Source of the DNA: Lama guanicoe
Taxonomy: Eukaryota
DNA: 63,693 nucleotides
Direction of reading: 5' to 3'
NCBI GenBank assembly: GCA_013239625.1
Contig: MU054220.1
Coordinates: 620,026-683,718 of the forward strand
Shown here: piece by piece, positions 25,600 through 38,510 of the stretch
Position numbering within the stretch: the first letter of the stretch is position 1
How the letters are laid out: each line of letters starts with the position of its first letter
Notes under the pieces: generated by a model
What the model saw: only the letters and a program-made list of their open reading frames with translations
What the model was told of the DNA's origin: nothing
Database searches by the model: none
Position numbers and translations under genes: made by a program

Positions 25600-27750
25600 A
25601 TTTCAGTGCAGGCACTTAGGATTTTAGAGCAAAGTCCTGCCATCTTTTTCAGATAACTGCTCTCCTTTTGAGAAATAGCCCTTGGCCTGATTCGGGGCCT
25701 TAGAAGACTGACTGCTGGCCATGGGCCACCAATTCAGTGTGCATCCTAAGCTGCCCATCATGAATTCAGTGTTATCTGACCCATGAAAGCCATAAGGCTG
25801 GGTTTGAAGAGCTGTACTTCATTATCAAATAGCAGTGCTGTATAATGATCCAGTCCTAGGAGGGCCTGATTTGCAAAGCTTTTTGGAGATAGGACAAAAA
25901 CTCTCATGGTACCCACTCCCATTTCACTGCCTTCTCTCTCCCTGCCTGCACCTATGGATTCCTGGGGAGTTGACTACGATCAGTTGACAGAGGAGGAAAG
26001 GCATTGGGACTTGTCTACAGATAGTTCTACGATGATAAGCAGGCATAACCCAAAGCTCTAGCACTAATGTCCCATTCAGAAAAAATCCCTGAAGTTCAGT
26101 ACTCAAGGGAAATAATCCCAATAAACTTCAAGCAGTGCATCTGGTTGTTCACTTTAGTTAGAAGGAGGTATGCCCTACTGTGCAATATACACCGATTCAT
26201 GGTTTTGGACAATGGTTTGACTGGATGGGACTTAGAAGGAACGTAATTGGAAGAATGGTAACAATAAAATTTGAGTTAGAGGTATCTTCACATAACTCTC
26301 TTAATGGGCTTATAACATGAAGATATTTGTGTACTATATAAATGCTCATCAAAGAATTACCGGCAGAAGAGGATTTTAATAATCAAATGTATAAGATTAC
26401 CCACTTCAAGGAAGCTTGTCAGCCTTTCCCCAGCCACCCCTCTCATCACCCAATGGGCTCATAGACAAAGTAGCCATAGTTTGGGAATGGAGGTTAATCA
26501 TAAGCTCAACAACATGAACTTCCACTCTCCAATGACGTCTTGGCTATGACCACCTCTGAGAACCCAATCTGCCAACAGCAGAAAATAACACTGGGTCCCA
26601 ATATGACCAATATCAATTCCTCAGTGAGTTCAGCCTGGTTACAGGTTGGTTACAGTGGACTGGTTCCATCCATCATGGGAGGGGAGGCATTTTGTTCTTA
26701 CGGGCACAGACACTTGCTCCTGATATGGATTTGCCTTCCATGCATGGCATGTTTGTGCCAACACTACCACCCATGTACTTACAGAAGGCCTGATCCATCA
26801 TCATAGGATTGCACACCACATTGCTTCTGATCAAGCTTATTAACTCACAGAACATGAGACACAGCAATGGGCTCATGCTCCAGGAATTCACCAGCCTTAC
26901 CATATTCATCACCATTCTGAAGCAGTTGGTTTTATACAATAGAACGGCCCTTTGAAGAATTAGTTACAGTACAAGCTATGTGGTAATATGCTGCAGGGCA
27001 GGGGCCAGAGTATTCAGCTCACCAAAAAGCTATATACATGCTCTAAACCAGCATCCGTTTCGTATTGTTGTATCTCCCCTATCTAGGACCCATGGGTCCT
27101 ATAATCTAAGGATAAAACTGAGAATTTCAACACTCACCAGTACCTTTAGTAAACTATTAGCAAAATCTTTGCTTTCTCTTCCCATTAGCCTATGATCTGC
27201 TTGCTAAGAAGTCTTAGTTCCAAAGGGAGAAATGCTTCCATCAGGAGACACAAAAAAACTTTACTGAACTGAGAATTAAGACTGCTGCCTGACACTTTAC
27301 CTCATGCCTCTAAATCAACAGGCAAAGAAGTAAATGACTGCACTGGCTGGGGTGAATGATCCTAACTACCAAGGGGAAATTGGACTGCAACTCCTCCATG
27401 GAAATACTCTACTACAGGAGTCCCCAGAGAGCCTCTGTTACTATCACAATGTTTGGCTATTAAGATCAATTGAAAATACAGAAACCCAAACCAGGCAGAA
27501 CTACTAATGGCCCAGATCCTTCAGCAATGAAGGTCTGTCACTCTACGAGGTAAAGATCCACAACCAGCTTAGGTCTTTGCTAAAGGCACAGAGAACAAAA
27601 CATGAGTAACAGAAGAAAGTAGTTATAAAGAGCAGCTATAACCATGTGACCAGTTCCAGAAATGAGAACTGCAATTGTTGTATTCTCTTTTTATTTTATG
27701 AACATATTTGTGTGTGAATCTCTATAATATATATCTTATATGTATGTATA
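25600..27750 (+). mobile_element. ERVL internal region: RNase H, integrase and dUTPase remnants
   Basis: LGF*SKVLP at ~25615; integrase-like WLQVGYSG and IASDQ; dUTPase-like VLVPKGEMLPSGDT...ALAGVNDPNYQGEIGL at ~27210-27390. Confidence 0.85.
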
Positions 27751-27764
27751 GATTTAATCTTAAA

Positions 27765-29922
27765 TTTTTTAACATTTTTTATTGATTTATAATCATTTTA
27801 CAATGTTGTGTCAAATCCCAGTGTTCAGCACAATTTTTCAGTCATTCATGGACATATACACACTCATTGTCACATTTTTTCTCTGTGATTTATCATAACA
27901 TTTTGTGTATATTTCCCTGTGCTATACAGTGTAATCTTGTTTATCTATTCTACAATTTTGAAATCCCAGTCTATCCCTTCCCACCCTCTACCCCCCTGGT
28001 AACCACAAGTCTGTATTCTCTGTCCATGAGTCTTTAGATTCCACATATAAGTGATCTCATATGGTATTTTTCTTTCTCTTTCAGGCTTACTTCACTTAGA
28101 ATAACATTCTCTAGGAGCATCCATGTTGCTGCAAATGGCGTTATGTTGTCGGTTTTTATGGCTGAGTAGTATTCCATTGTATAAATATACCACCTCTTCT
28201 TTATCCAGTCACCTATTGATGGACATTTAGGCTGTTTCCATGTTTTGGCTATTGTAAATAGTGCTGCTATGAACATTGGGGTGCAGGTGTCATCCTGAAG
28301 TAGATTTCCTTCTGGATACAAGCCCAGGAGTGGGATTCCTGGGTCATATGGTAAGTCTATTCCTAGTCTTTTGAGGAATCTCCACACTGTTTTCCATAGT
28401 GGCTGCACCAAACTGCATTCCCACCAGCAGTGTAGGAGGGTTCCCCTTTCTCCACAGCCTCTCCAGCATTTGTCATTTTTGGATTTTTGAATGACGGCCA
28501 TTCTGACTGGTGTGAGGTGATACCTCATTGTAGTTTTGATTTGCATTTCTCTGATAATTAGTGATATTGAACATTTTTTCATGTGCTTTTTGATCATTTG
28601 TATGTCTTCCTTGGAGAATTGCTTGTTTAGGTCTTCTGCCCATTTTTGGATTGGGTTGTTTATTTTTTTCTTATTGAGTCGTATGAGCTGCTTATATATT
28701 TTGGAGATCAAGCCTTTGTCGGTTTCACTTGCAAAAATTTTCTCCCATTCCGTAGGTTTTCTTCTTGTTTTATTTCTGGTTTCCTTTGCTCTGCAGAAGC
28801 TTGTAAGTTTCATTAGGTCCCATTTGTTTATTCTTGCTTTTATTTCTTCTAGGAGAAAATTTTTGAAATGTATGTCAGATAATGTTTTGCCTATGTTTTC
28901 CTCTAGGAGGTTTATTGTATCTTGTCTTATGTTTAAGTCTTTAATCCATTTTGAGTTGATTTTTGTATATGGTGTAAGGGTGTGTTCTAGCTTCATTGTT
29001 TTACATGCTGCTGTCCAGTTTTCCCAACACCATTTGCTGAAGAGACTGTCTTTATTCCATTGTATATTCTTGCCTCCTTTGTCGAAGATGAGTTGACCAA
29101 AAGTTTGTGGGTTCATTTCTGGGCTCTCTATTCTGTTCCATTGGTCTATATGTCTGTTTTGGTACCAATACCATGCTGTCTTGATGACTGTAGCTCTATA
29201 GTATTGTCTGAAGTCTGGGAGAGTTATTCCTCCAGCCTCTTTCTTTCTCTTCAGTAATGCTTTAGCAATTCTAGGTCTTTGATGGTTCCATATAAATTTT
29301 ATTATGATTTGTTCTAGTTCTGTGAAATATGTTCTGGGTAATTGGATAGGGATTGCATTAAATCTGTAGATTGCCTTGGGCAGTGTGACCATTTTAACAA
29401 TATTGATTCTTCCAATCCAAGAGCATGGAATATCTTTCCATTTTTTAAAGTCTTCTTTAATTTCCTTCATCAATGGTTTATAGTTTTCTGTGTATAATTC
29501 TTTCACCTCCTTGGTTAGATTTATTCCCAGATATTTTATTACTTTGGGTGCTATTTTAAAGGGGATTGTTTCTTTACTTTCTTTTTCTGTTGATTTATTG
29601 TTAGTGTAAAGAAAGGCAACTGATTTTTGAACATTAATTTTGTAACCTGCTACCTTGCTGAATTCTTCGATCAGCTCTAGTAGCTTTTGTGTGGACCTTT
29701 TAGGGTTTTCTATATATAGTAACATGTCATCAGCATATAATGACACTTTTACCTCTTCTTTTCCAATTTGGATCCCTTTTATTTCTTTCTCTTGCCTGAT
29801 TGCTGTGGCTAGGACTTCCAGGACTATGTTGAATAGGAGTGGTGATAGCGGGCATCCTTGTCTTGTCCCAGATTTTAGTGGGAAGCTTTTGAGTTTTTCA
29901 CCGTTGAGAACTATGCTGGCTG
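27765..29922 (-). mobile_element. Young 5'-truncated L1 inserted in the ERVL
   Basis: Open ORF2 segment, complete 3' end with poly(A) signal, flanking 10-bp repeat TAGATTTAAT at 27749-27758 and 29923-29932. Confidence 0.95.
28034..29920 (-). CDS. L1 ORF2p C-terminal part (partial RT with YADD plus cysteine-rich domain); 5'-truncated, non-autonomous
   Basis: 570-aa ORF (SLYADD...[18 protein letters not shown]); the frame stays open upstream through [18 protein letters not shown] to the truncation point. Confidence 0.85.
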   Translation of the reverse strand, partial: ASIVLNGEKLKSFPLKSGTRQGCPLSPLLFNIVLEVLATAIRQEKEIKGIQIGKEEVKVSLYADDMLLYIENPKRSTQKLLELIEEFSKVAGYKINVQKSVAFLYTNNKSTEKESKETIPFKIAPKVIKYLGINLTKEVKELYTENYKPLMKEIKEDFKKWKDIPCSWIGRINIVKMVTLPKAIYRFNAIPIQLPRTYFTELEQIIIKFIWNHQRPRIAKALLKRKKEAGGITLPDFRQYYRATVIKTAWYWYQNRHIDQWNRIESPEMNPQTFGQLIFDKGGKNIQWNKDSLFSKWCWENWTAACKTMKLEHTLTPYTKINSKWIKDLNIRQDTINLLEENIGKTLSDIHFKNFLLEEIKARINKWDLMKLTSFCRAKETRNKTRRKPTEWEKIFASETDKGLISKIYKQLIRLNKKKINNPIQKWAEDLNKQFSKEDIQMIKKHMKKCSISLIIREMQIKTTMRYHLTPVRMAVIQKSKNDKCWRGCGERGTLLHCWWECSLVQPLWKTVWRFLKRLGIDLPYDPGIPLLGLYPEGNLLQDDTCTPMFIAALFTIAKTWKQPKCPSIGDWIKKRWYIYTMEYYSAIKTDNITPFAATWMLLENVILSEVSLKEKEKYHMRSLICGI

Positions 29923-29932
29923 TAGATTTAAT

Positions 29933-30735
29933 ATTTATTTTTGTCTTTAATTATTTTATGTAATAACACCTTATGTTGACTTTCTCTCGTAGTATTTAAG
30001 TATTGCTGGTCTTCCACAGAATCTAGTTTACAGGATACCATGGAGAAGAGTATACATCATACAAGGACTTCACCTTCCCTTCTTGGGAAGGACTTAGTGC
30101 GATTTCAACTGTACACACGAGAGGTGTGTTAGACTAGGTAAAATTTTTACCTTGGTATTGTCTTTATTTGGAGATTAACTATGGTTTAAAGACATGCATG
30201 TAGGTGCTAAGTTGACAAGTAATAGTCTTATGATGGCTAACTTTATGTGTTAATGTGACCAGCCCATGAGATACACAATATCTGCACAATCTTTGGTTTG
30301 GGCTGTGTCTATGTGCTTTTCCTGGGTGATATTAATATTCAAATTGGTAGACTGAATACAGCAGATTGTCCCCTCTAATTTGAGTGAGACTTATCCAATC
30401 ATTCAATCAGCTGAAAACCTGCAAATAACAAAAGGCGGACCTCCCCTAAGTACAGGAGAATTTTCCTGCTTGAGAGCCTTCAGACTGAAACACCAGCTCT
30501 TCCTGTTTGATGACCTGCATGCTGGCACACCAACTCTTCCTGACTCTACGGCAGCTTCCTGCCTAATGATCTGAATGGGGTTACTGACTCACTAGTTTAC
30601 AGCAGTTTCTGGCCCTTAGATTCAGACTGAGACATTAGCTCTACAGATTTTGTACCTGCCAACTTCCATAAACATAAAATCCACTGTTTAAGTTCTTATC
30701 TTTCAGAGCCAATAGTTATATATTGGTTTTGATAT
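29933..30735 (+). mobile_element. ERVL 3' end and MLT2-type 3' LTR (LTR from ~30229)
   Basis: taggtgctaagttgacaag...tatgatggctaactttatgtgt matches the ERVL PPT / MLT2 start; gcagattgtcccctctaat is MLT2-like. Confidence 0.8.
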
Positions 30736-31838
30736 ATAACACATTTTCATGGATTGGAAAACCTATTACTATTAAGATATCAGTAATACCCAAACAGTAG
30801 ATTCACTACAATCTCAATCAAAACCTCAATGACATTTTTTGCAGACATGGAAAAATCATCAAAACATTCACATAGAATCACAAGGGACACCACAGCCAAA
30901 ATAATCTTAAAAGAAAAACAAAGTTGGAGAAACAGAAAGAAGAAAAGTGGTTGCCAGGGATTGATGTGGGGGAAATAGGGAGAGGTTGATAAAAGGATGC
31001 AAACATTCAGCTATAAGATGATTACGGTCTGTGGATCTTAGTGAAATGGTGACTACAGTTTTAAATATGGTGACTGTATTGTATAATTAAAATTTGCTAA
31101 AAACAGATTTGATGTGATCCCTATCAAATTACCCAAGACATTTTTCACAGAACTAGAACAAATAATCCTATAATTTATATGGAATCACAAAAGAAACAGA
31201 ATTGCCAAAGCAATAATGAAGAAAAAGAATGAAATGGGAGGAAAAACCTTCCTAGACTTCAGACAACACTCAAAACTACAGTAATCAAAACAGCACAGTA
31301 CTGGCACAAAAACAGACATATTGATCAATGAAACAGAATAGAGAGCCCAGAAATAAACTCACACACCTACAGTCAATTAATCTTCGACAAAGGAGGCAAG
31401 AATACACAATGAAGAAAAGACAGTCTCTTCAGCAAGTGGGAAAGCTGGACAGCTGCATCTAAATCAGTGAAGTTAAAACACTCCCTCACACCATACACAA
31501 AAATAAATTCAAAATGGCTTAAAGACTTAAACATAAGACAAGATACCATAAATCTTGTAGAAGAGAACAGAAGCAAAACATTCTCTGACATAAATCATAG
31601 CAATCTTTTCCTAGATTAATCTACCCAGGCAATAGAAATAAAAGCAAAAATAAACAAATAGGACCTAATTAAACTTATAAGCTTTTGCACAGCAAAGGAA
31701 ACCATAAGCAAAACAAAAAGACAATCTATGAAATGGGAGAGAACATTTGCAAACAATGCAACTGACAGGGGCTTTATTTCCAGAATATACAAACAGCTTA
31801 AATAACTCAATAACAAAAGAAAAACACAATTCCAAAAT

Positions 31839-32976
31839 AGAAATAAAAGCAAGAATAAACAAATGGGACCTAATGAAACTTACAAGCTTCTGCACAGCAA
31901 AGGAAACCAGAAATAAAACAAGAAGAAAACCTACGGAATGGGAGAAAATTTTTGCAAATGAAACCGACAAAGGCTCGATCTCCAGAATATATAAGTAGCT
32001 CATACGACTCAATAAGGAAAAAAAAAAACAACCCAATCCAAAAATGGGCAGAAGACCTAAACAAGCAATTCTCCAAGGAAGACATACAAATGATCAACAG
32101 GCACATGAAAAAATGCTCAATATCACTAATTATCAGAGAAATGCAAATCAAAACTACAAGGAGGTATCACCTCACACCAGTCAGAATGGCCATCATTCAA
32201 AAATCCACAAGTGACAAATGCTGGAGAGGCTGTGGAGAAAAGGGAACCCTCCTTCACTGCTGGTGGGAATGCAGTTTGGTGCAGCCACTGTGGAAAACAG
32301 TAAGGAGATTCCTCAAAAGACTAGGAATAGACTTATCATATGACCCAGAAATCCCACTCCTGGGCATATATCCAGAAGAAACCCTACTTCAGGATGACAC
32401 CTGAACCACAATGTTCACAGCAGCACTATTTACAATAGCCAAGACATGGAAACAGCCTAAATGTCCATCAACAGATGACTGGATAGAGAACAAGTGGTAT
32501 ATTTATACAATGGAATACTATTCAGCCATAAAAACCAACAACATAACGCCATTTGCAGCAACATGGATGTTCCTGGAGAATGTCATTCTAAGTGAAGTAA
32601 GCCTGAAAGAGAAAGAAAAATACCATATCAGATCGCTCATATGTGGAATCTAAAAAAAAAAAGAACATAAATACAAAACAGAAACAAACTTATAGACACA
32701 GAATACAAACTTGTGGTTGCCAAGGGGTAGGGGGTGGGAAGGGATAGACTGGGAGTTCAGAATCTGTAGATACTGACAGGCATATGCAGAATAGATAAAC
32801 AAGATTATACTGTATAGCACAGGGAAGTATATACAAGATCTTGTGGTAGCTCACAGAGAAAAAACGTGACAATGAATATATACATGTTCATATATAACTG
32901 AAAAATTGTGCTCTACACTGGAATTTGACACAACATTGTAAAATGATTATAAATCAATAAAAAATGTTGAAAAAAA
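31839..32976 (+). mobile_element. Young L1 3' fragment, same family as 27765-29922
   Basis: Near-identical ORF2 peptide ([22 protein letters not shown]...) and 3' end; nonsense codon at 32402; possible 5-bp TSD AAAAT. Confidence 0.9.
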
Positions 32977-33035
32977 TTGGCAGAAGACCTAAACAAATAT
33001 TTCTCCAATTAAGACATAAAAATGGCCAATAGGCA

Positions 33036-33469
33036 TCTGTAGCAAAATAGATGGACCTGGAGAATGTCATTCTAAGTAAGGTAAGCCAGAAAGAGACGTA
33101 CCATATGATATCACTAATATATGGAATAAAAAAAAGAAAGAAAGAAAGAAAGAAAAAAGAGGACACTAATGGGCTCAACTACAAAACAGAAACACAGTCA
33201 CAGACATAGTAAACAATTTTATGGTTACTGGGGGAAAGGGGTTGGAAAGAGATAAATTTGGGAGCTTGAGATTTGCAAATGTTAACCACTCTACATAAAA
33301 ATTTTTTAAAAATTTCTTCTGTATAGCACAGGGAATTATATTCCATATCTTATAATAACCTTTAATGAAAAAGAATATGAAAATGAATATATGTACATAT
33401 ATTCATGACTGGGAAATTATGCTGTATACCAAAAATTGACATACTGTAACTGACTATACTCTAATTAAA
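33036..33469 (+). mobile_element. Short L1 3'-end insertion with 18-bp TSD
   Basis: AAAAATGGCCAATAGGCA at 33018-33035 and 33470-33487. Confidence 0.92.
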
Positions 33470-34884
33470 AAAAATGGCCAATAGGCACATGAAAAAATGG
33501 TCAATGTTGCTAATTATCAGAGATATGAAAATTAAAACTACAGTGAGGTGTCACCTCACACCAGTCAGAATGAACTCAGCTTTTTTAACAAATGATATAT
33601 GCTGGGGAGGATATGGAAAAAAGGGAACCCTCCTACACTGTTAATGGTAATATAGTTTGATGTAGCCATTATGAAAAACAGTATAGAGATTACTTAAATA
33701 ACTGAAAACAGACTTACCCTATGATCCAGCAATCCCAGGCATATATCTGGAGGAAACTCTAATTTGAAAAGATACATGCACCCCACTGTTCATAGCAGCA
33801 CTATTTGCAATAGCTAAGACATGGAATCAACCTGAATGTCCATTGACAGATGCCTGGATAAAGAAGTTGTGATGTGAATTTATGTATATGAATATTATAT
33901 ATATGGAATATATATAATGTATATTATGGAATATATATAATATATAATAATATATAATATATAATATTCCATATATAATGGAATACTACTCAGCCATAAA
34001 AAAGAATAAAAGAATGCCATTTCCAACAACATGGATGGATCTGAAGATTATCATACTAAGTGAAGCCAGAAAGAGAAAGAAAAATACCATATGACATCAG
34101 TTATATGTAGAATCTAAAAAAATGAGACAAATGAACTTATTTTCAAAGACCAAAAACAAAAAACAGACTCACAGACATAGAACACAAATTTGTGGTTACC
34201 AGCGGGGAAAAGTTGGGGGGATAAATTGGGAGTTTGGGATTTGCAGAGTAACTATTGTATATAAAATAAATAAACAAAAAGGATTTACTGTAATGACCTG
34301 CAATGTAAAGGAATATGAAAAGGAATATGCATATAAATGAATCAGTATGCCGCACACCAGAAATTAACACAACATTGTAAACTGACTACATTTCAATAAA
34401 AGAAAGAATGGAAAAGAGAAAAATTGCTAGGAGACTAAAACTTAAGTGTTCTCACAAAAAAATAAATGTGTGGTGATAGATGTGTTAGGTCCTTTGCATT
34501 TCCATACATTTTCATTCACTTTGGAAAATTCTAAATTTAACCCAGTTCATTTTTTTTAGGTGGATATTGCTTGAATCTAGAGATTCCTTTGTGGAGAATT
34601 CAAATCTTAATAATAAGTTCAGCCATCTGGTCCATGAACACAATATTGCCCTCTATTTAATAAGGTCTTTATACACTCTCAATATAGTTTTTATTTTTCA
34701 GTGCACATGTCTTGTTTATAACTTGTCACATTTAAGGATTTTATTTTTTATGCTATTATAAATAAAATTTTAAAAATACAATTTCTGTCTGTTAGTTTCT
34801 AGTAACCTACGCAACTGACTTCAATATATTGATTTTATATACCCTGACCATACTCAATTCACATAAAAAAGAAAGCCACTCATA

Positions 34885-35475
34885 TTGTAGAGGTAGAGGT
34901 AGTAAAATCAGTTTATTTTCCTGGACAGGTCAGGATTTAGAAGAGTATAAGGTACCAGAAGCCTATTTGCAATGGGCCTAAAGATTCTGACATAAATCCT
35001 CTCACGATGAATTCAGAGCTGAATTCAGTGAGAGCTAGGATTTTTAGCAGAAATGAAGGGAGAGCCGGAGGAAACCGTATTTGCATGGAGAGTAAGAGAC
35101 AGCTTGGAAGAGTACTAATTGTAAGGAGAGAAGGAGGCCTCAAGGAAGTCTAATACAGTAACAGTGCTTTTGCAGTTGGGAGAAGATAAAGTATCTTTAA
35201 GTAAAACACATGGTGTCTTGCCTATCCTTAAGATTTAGGTGTAATGGCGGTAAAGTGAAATCATTATGTGTTTCTCACACATTTATAACAGAAATTATAA
35301 TCAAAATTAAAGAATTTGGGGGGCATAAAATGCTAACAGTACTTGGGAATCCAATCAGGAAGAACACGTGCATGGAAAAGCCCGTTGCACCCGCCATTTC
35401 TTAAGGTACTTTAATGCAAAATAATCAGTATGTCATTGAAGCATGTTTTGTGGTGGCCTACCCTCGGCCTCAACA
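34885..35475 (-). mobile_element. Probable solo ERV1-type LTR
   Basis: TG...CA ends, antisense AATAAA near 34912, terminal aaaataatcagtatgtc...gcatgttttgtggtggc resembling MER41-like LTR ends; no clear TSD. Confidence 0.55.
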
Positions 35476-37289
35476 GTAAAAGCATTCTCTCTGATGGGAT
35501 GAGTATGTCTTCTGACAGATCCTCAAGGCCTCCAAAACCTCCATACTATACACACACAGACAAGAATCACCACACACACACAGGCACAAATATATAAACT
35601 GTATTTCCATACTTTAAAAATAATCCAAACACTCCTTGGAAGATTAGTACATTAAACTTGATCAAATAGAACTATGAATAAATAGCTATTCAGATTTAAT
35701 TTCCTATGGAATAGACAGACTGTTTTCCCTGTTATTCCAGAGGTTTCCATGGCTCCAGGAAGAAAAAATGTATTAGATGTATGAAAGGTTCTAAGAGTCA
35801 AAACATCAAAAGAAGGGTTCCTAACATTACAGACAAACACTCCTGCCTCTGTGGTTTCTCCTTGATTTTGCTTCGGCTGTGGGGCAGGAGTAAGTCAATC
35901 AGAGCAACTCTGTGCAGAAGCAAGGCAGTCGTTCTGCTGAGAAAAGATACGAGCTTTGACAGAGTGGTATCTAAACAAACTGCAACCAAGGCACAGAGCT
36001 GAGACTGGTTTATGTGACTCAAAGGACATGAGGATAAATGATGAATAAAACAGTAGCACTTCCTCTCTGCATAAAGTAAGCAAAAAATAATGTTTGCTAG
36101 ATTCCATACCCTCCCATAGACAAAGGGGGACAGACGTTAAATTTGTAGCCTTTCTGACATTACTTATTTTATTATTAATGCATGGCTGTTAACAACACAA
36201 TGAAAGTTCTAGATACGTAAGAACAATGTATATGGTCAATAAGAAGACAGTGTTTTTGAACTTAATTCAGTAACTATTTACATCTTAATTTGTACAGGTT
36301 CATTGCTAAAAACAGAGAGATACAAAGAAAAATAAAGATATAGCACATAAACTTCTGCCTGGAAAAGCTGGAGAAATACGTAAGAAGAAGCATGAGTACT
36401 GAGCATGGGGCTGTCTGCAATAGAGTATATGTACAGCAACGAGAAACAGGAAAGGAGTCAGAGATACTTCTGGGCTATTGACGGATTTGCAAAATCTTCT
36501 GAGTAAGAAAATATCAGGCATCTGAACTATAAGACAGACATGGACACTAATGCATAGAGATGGGGGCATTATAAGCAGAGAAGATAGAGGAGTCAAGTCA
36601 TAAGAATGAGATTTTAGGGTGTGCTTGGAGAATATAGAGGGGCTCACTTGAACTGGATGAAAGCATCCAAGCAAAGAGGAACACAAGAAGAGAGATGGGT
36701 AAGACCGGAAAAAAAAAAAAAACACCAACCATGAGTCGCTGGTATGCTGTATGCCATTGCTGAACATGCTGTTAGCTGAAGGAACGTTACTCCTTTATGG
36801 AGTACAAATATCACTCATTTCACAGATATTTGAAAAATTATGATGCATATAACTAAGCAAATTGCCAAGACTGAGTCAGTAGTCACGCAGGTCTCCTCGA
36901 CCCCAAAGCCTATTCCTGTTAACAGCATACTCTACACCAACGTAGTGACTTCTGAGATTAGTAAATTCAACTCGGACCAGTTTGGGGAGATATTTGATAA
37001 ACAGGTGAGGAGGTTGGGTTATATTTTAAGGAAAATAGGTTCTGTATTCTGGACAGGACTGTGATACGATCAGGAATAGGCATTTGAAGGACATTTCTGC
37101 ATGCCTCAAATCCATGCGGTCACACCCAGAACTAACTGGATACATTACAGTGTAAATTGCAATCTGAATCACAGTAGCTTGCTTCTTTGGTCCAATACAA
37201 AAAAAAAAAGCTGATATGCTTTCTAAAACATCTCAAACAATTAAATGCTCTGGGGACACTTACTGGAAGTGCAATAAATACCCCCTCGC

Positions 37290-38096
37290 TTACTTTAATT
37301 CTGAATGTGCTATTTTAGACCACACTTTCCTCATGGTGATTTTCATCTCCACATTTCTCAGAGTGTAGATGAGAGGATTCAGCATGGGGGCAATCACAAT
37401 GTAAAACACAGACATTTCCTTATCCTTGTTCTCACTCCCTGCAGGCAGACCATAAATGTAGATGCAGGGAACGAAGAATAAAACCACCACCATGATGTGA
37501 GAACTACAGGTTGAGAGGGCTTTCCGTCGCCCTGCGGAGGAGCGGGTTCTGAGATTACATAATATGAGTATGTAAGAAACCACCAGCACAAGAAAAATGA
37601 CAACCACCACCATCCCCGAATTTGCTATCACTAAGATACTCACAACGCGAATGTCTTTGCACACCAGTTTCAAAAGAGGCTTCACATCACATAGGTAGTG
37701 GTCTATCTGATTAGGACCACAGAAGGGTAAACTGAGTACCATGAGAAGCAGAGCAACAGAATGCCAAAACCCCACGGCCCAGGCCAGGACCACCAGCACG
37801 TTACACCTCTGCCGGCTCATGATGGCCACGTAGTGCAGCGGCTTGACGATGGCCACGTAGCGGTCAAAGGCCATGGACACCAAGATGCAGATTTCCACAC
37901 CTGCCAGCAAGTGGGCGGTGAAGAGCTGGGCCATACAGTTGTTATAGGAAATGTTTTTTCTCGCTGCAGCTAAGTCCCTGATTAGCCTGATAAGACGGCC
38001 ACAGAGCAGGAACAAGGAAAAGAACAGTAGCTCTATTTTCTTATTTCCCCACAGCCCCACAAAAACAAATTCCGTGACATTGTTCTGATTTTCCAT
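37290..38096 (-). pseudogene. OR4P-like (OR4P4-related) receptor, open 268-aa ORF lacking TM1 C-half to TM2; probable pseudogene
   Basis: [58 protein letters not shown] present; the GN...PMY...LS..D segment is absent; acceptor atttcag at 38142-38141. Confidence 0.85.
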
Positions 38097-38329
38097 GAGG
38101 TTGAGGTGAGTTCAGAGTACACAACAGACACTCAGTTCATCTGAAATGATACTGAACATAATACATCTTTAATGGAACTTTTTAAGTTTTGGAGAGATTT
38201 ATATCATTGAAAATAATGTAGATTGTAGAGGATTTATTACAGAGTTAATCTATTTTTTAAGATTAAGGGCATCATATTTCAAATGATATTTAATGAACGT
38301 ATATTTTATGTCGGGAACATTTGTAAACA

Positions 38330-38510
38330 TTTTGCAGGCATTTAACTCGTAACAACCCAGTAGCTGCTATTCTGATACTCATTTTACATATCGGAAAATG
38401 AGAAATAGGAGGGTTCAGTTAATTACACTAAATCATTAAGATATTAAGTTGCAACCTAAGATATGAACGTGTATTTGATGCCATTTTCCATGCTCTAAAC
38501 AGCTAAGCTA
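38330..38510 (-). mobile_element. MIR relic
   Basis: tttaactcgtaacaaccc...ctcattttacatatcggaaaatgag. Confidence 0.55.

Larger units (their letters stand above)
31103..34415 (+). mobile_element. Intermediate-age L1 (ORF2 3' part and 3' UTR) interrupted by two younger L1 inserts
   Basis: ORF2 phrases resume at 32977 and 33488; 3' end ...actacatttcaataaaa; flanked by aaatttgcta / aaaattgcta inside an older L1MA-like 3' UTR (30930-31100 and 34420-34490). Confidence 0.85.

Noticed and set aside
27190..27420. dUTPase-like sequence as a host gene
   Set aside because: A normal ERVL component, here broken by stops and frameshifts.
28536..29096. 186-aa plus-strand ORF (also 31665-32151 minus-strand ORFs)
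   Set aside because: Antisense shadow frames of L1 ORF2.
28034..29746. 570-aa ORF as a domesticated or novel reverse transcriptase gene
   Set aside because: It is a 5'-truncated L1 with flanking repeat and poly(A), with no endonuclease domain, ATG start or promoter; youth explains the open frame.
36306..36767. 153-aa minus-strand ORF
   Set aside because: No recognisable motif; crosses a homopolymer run; probably chance.
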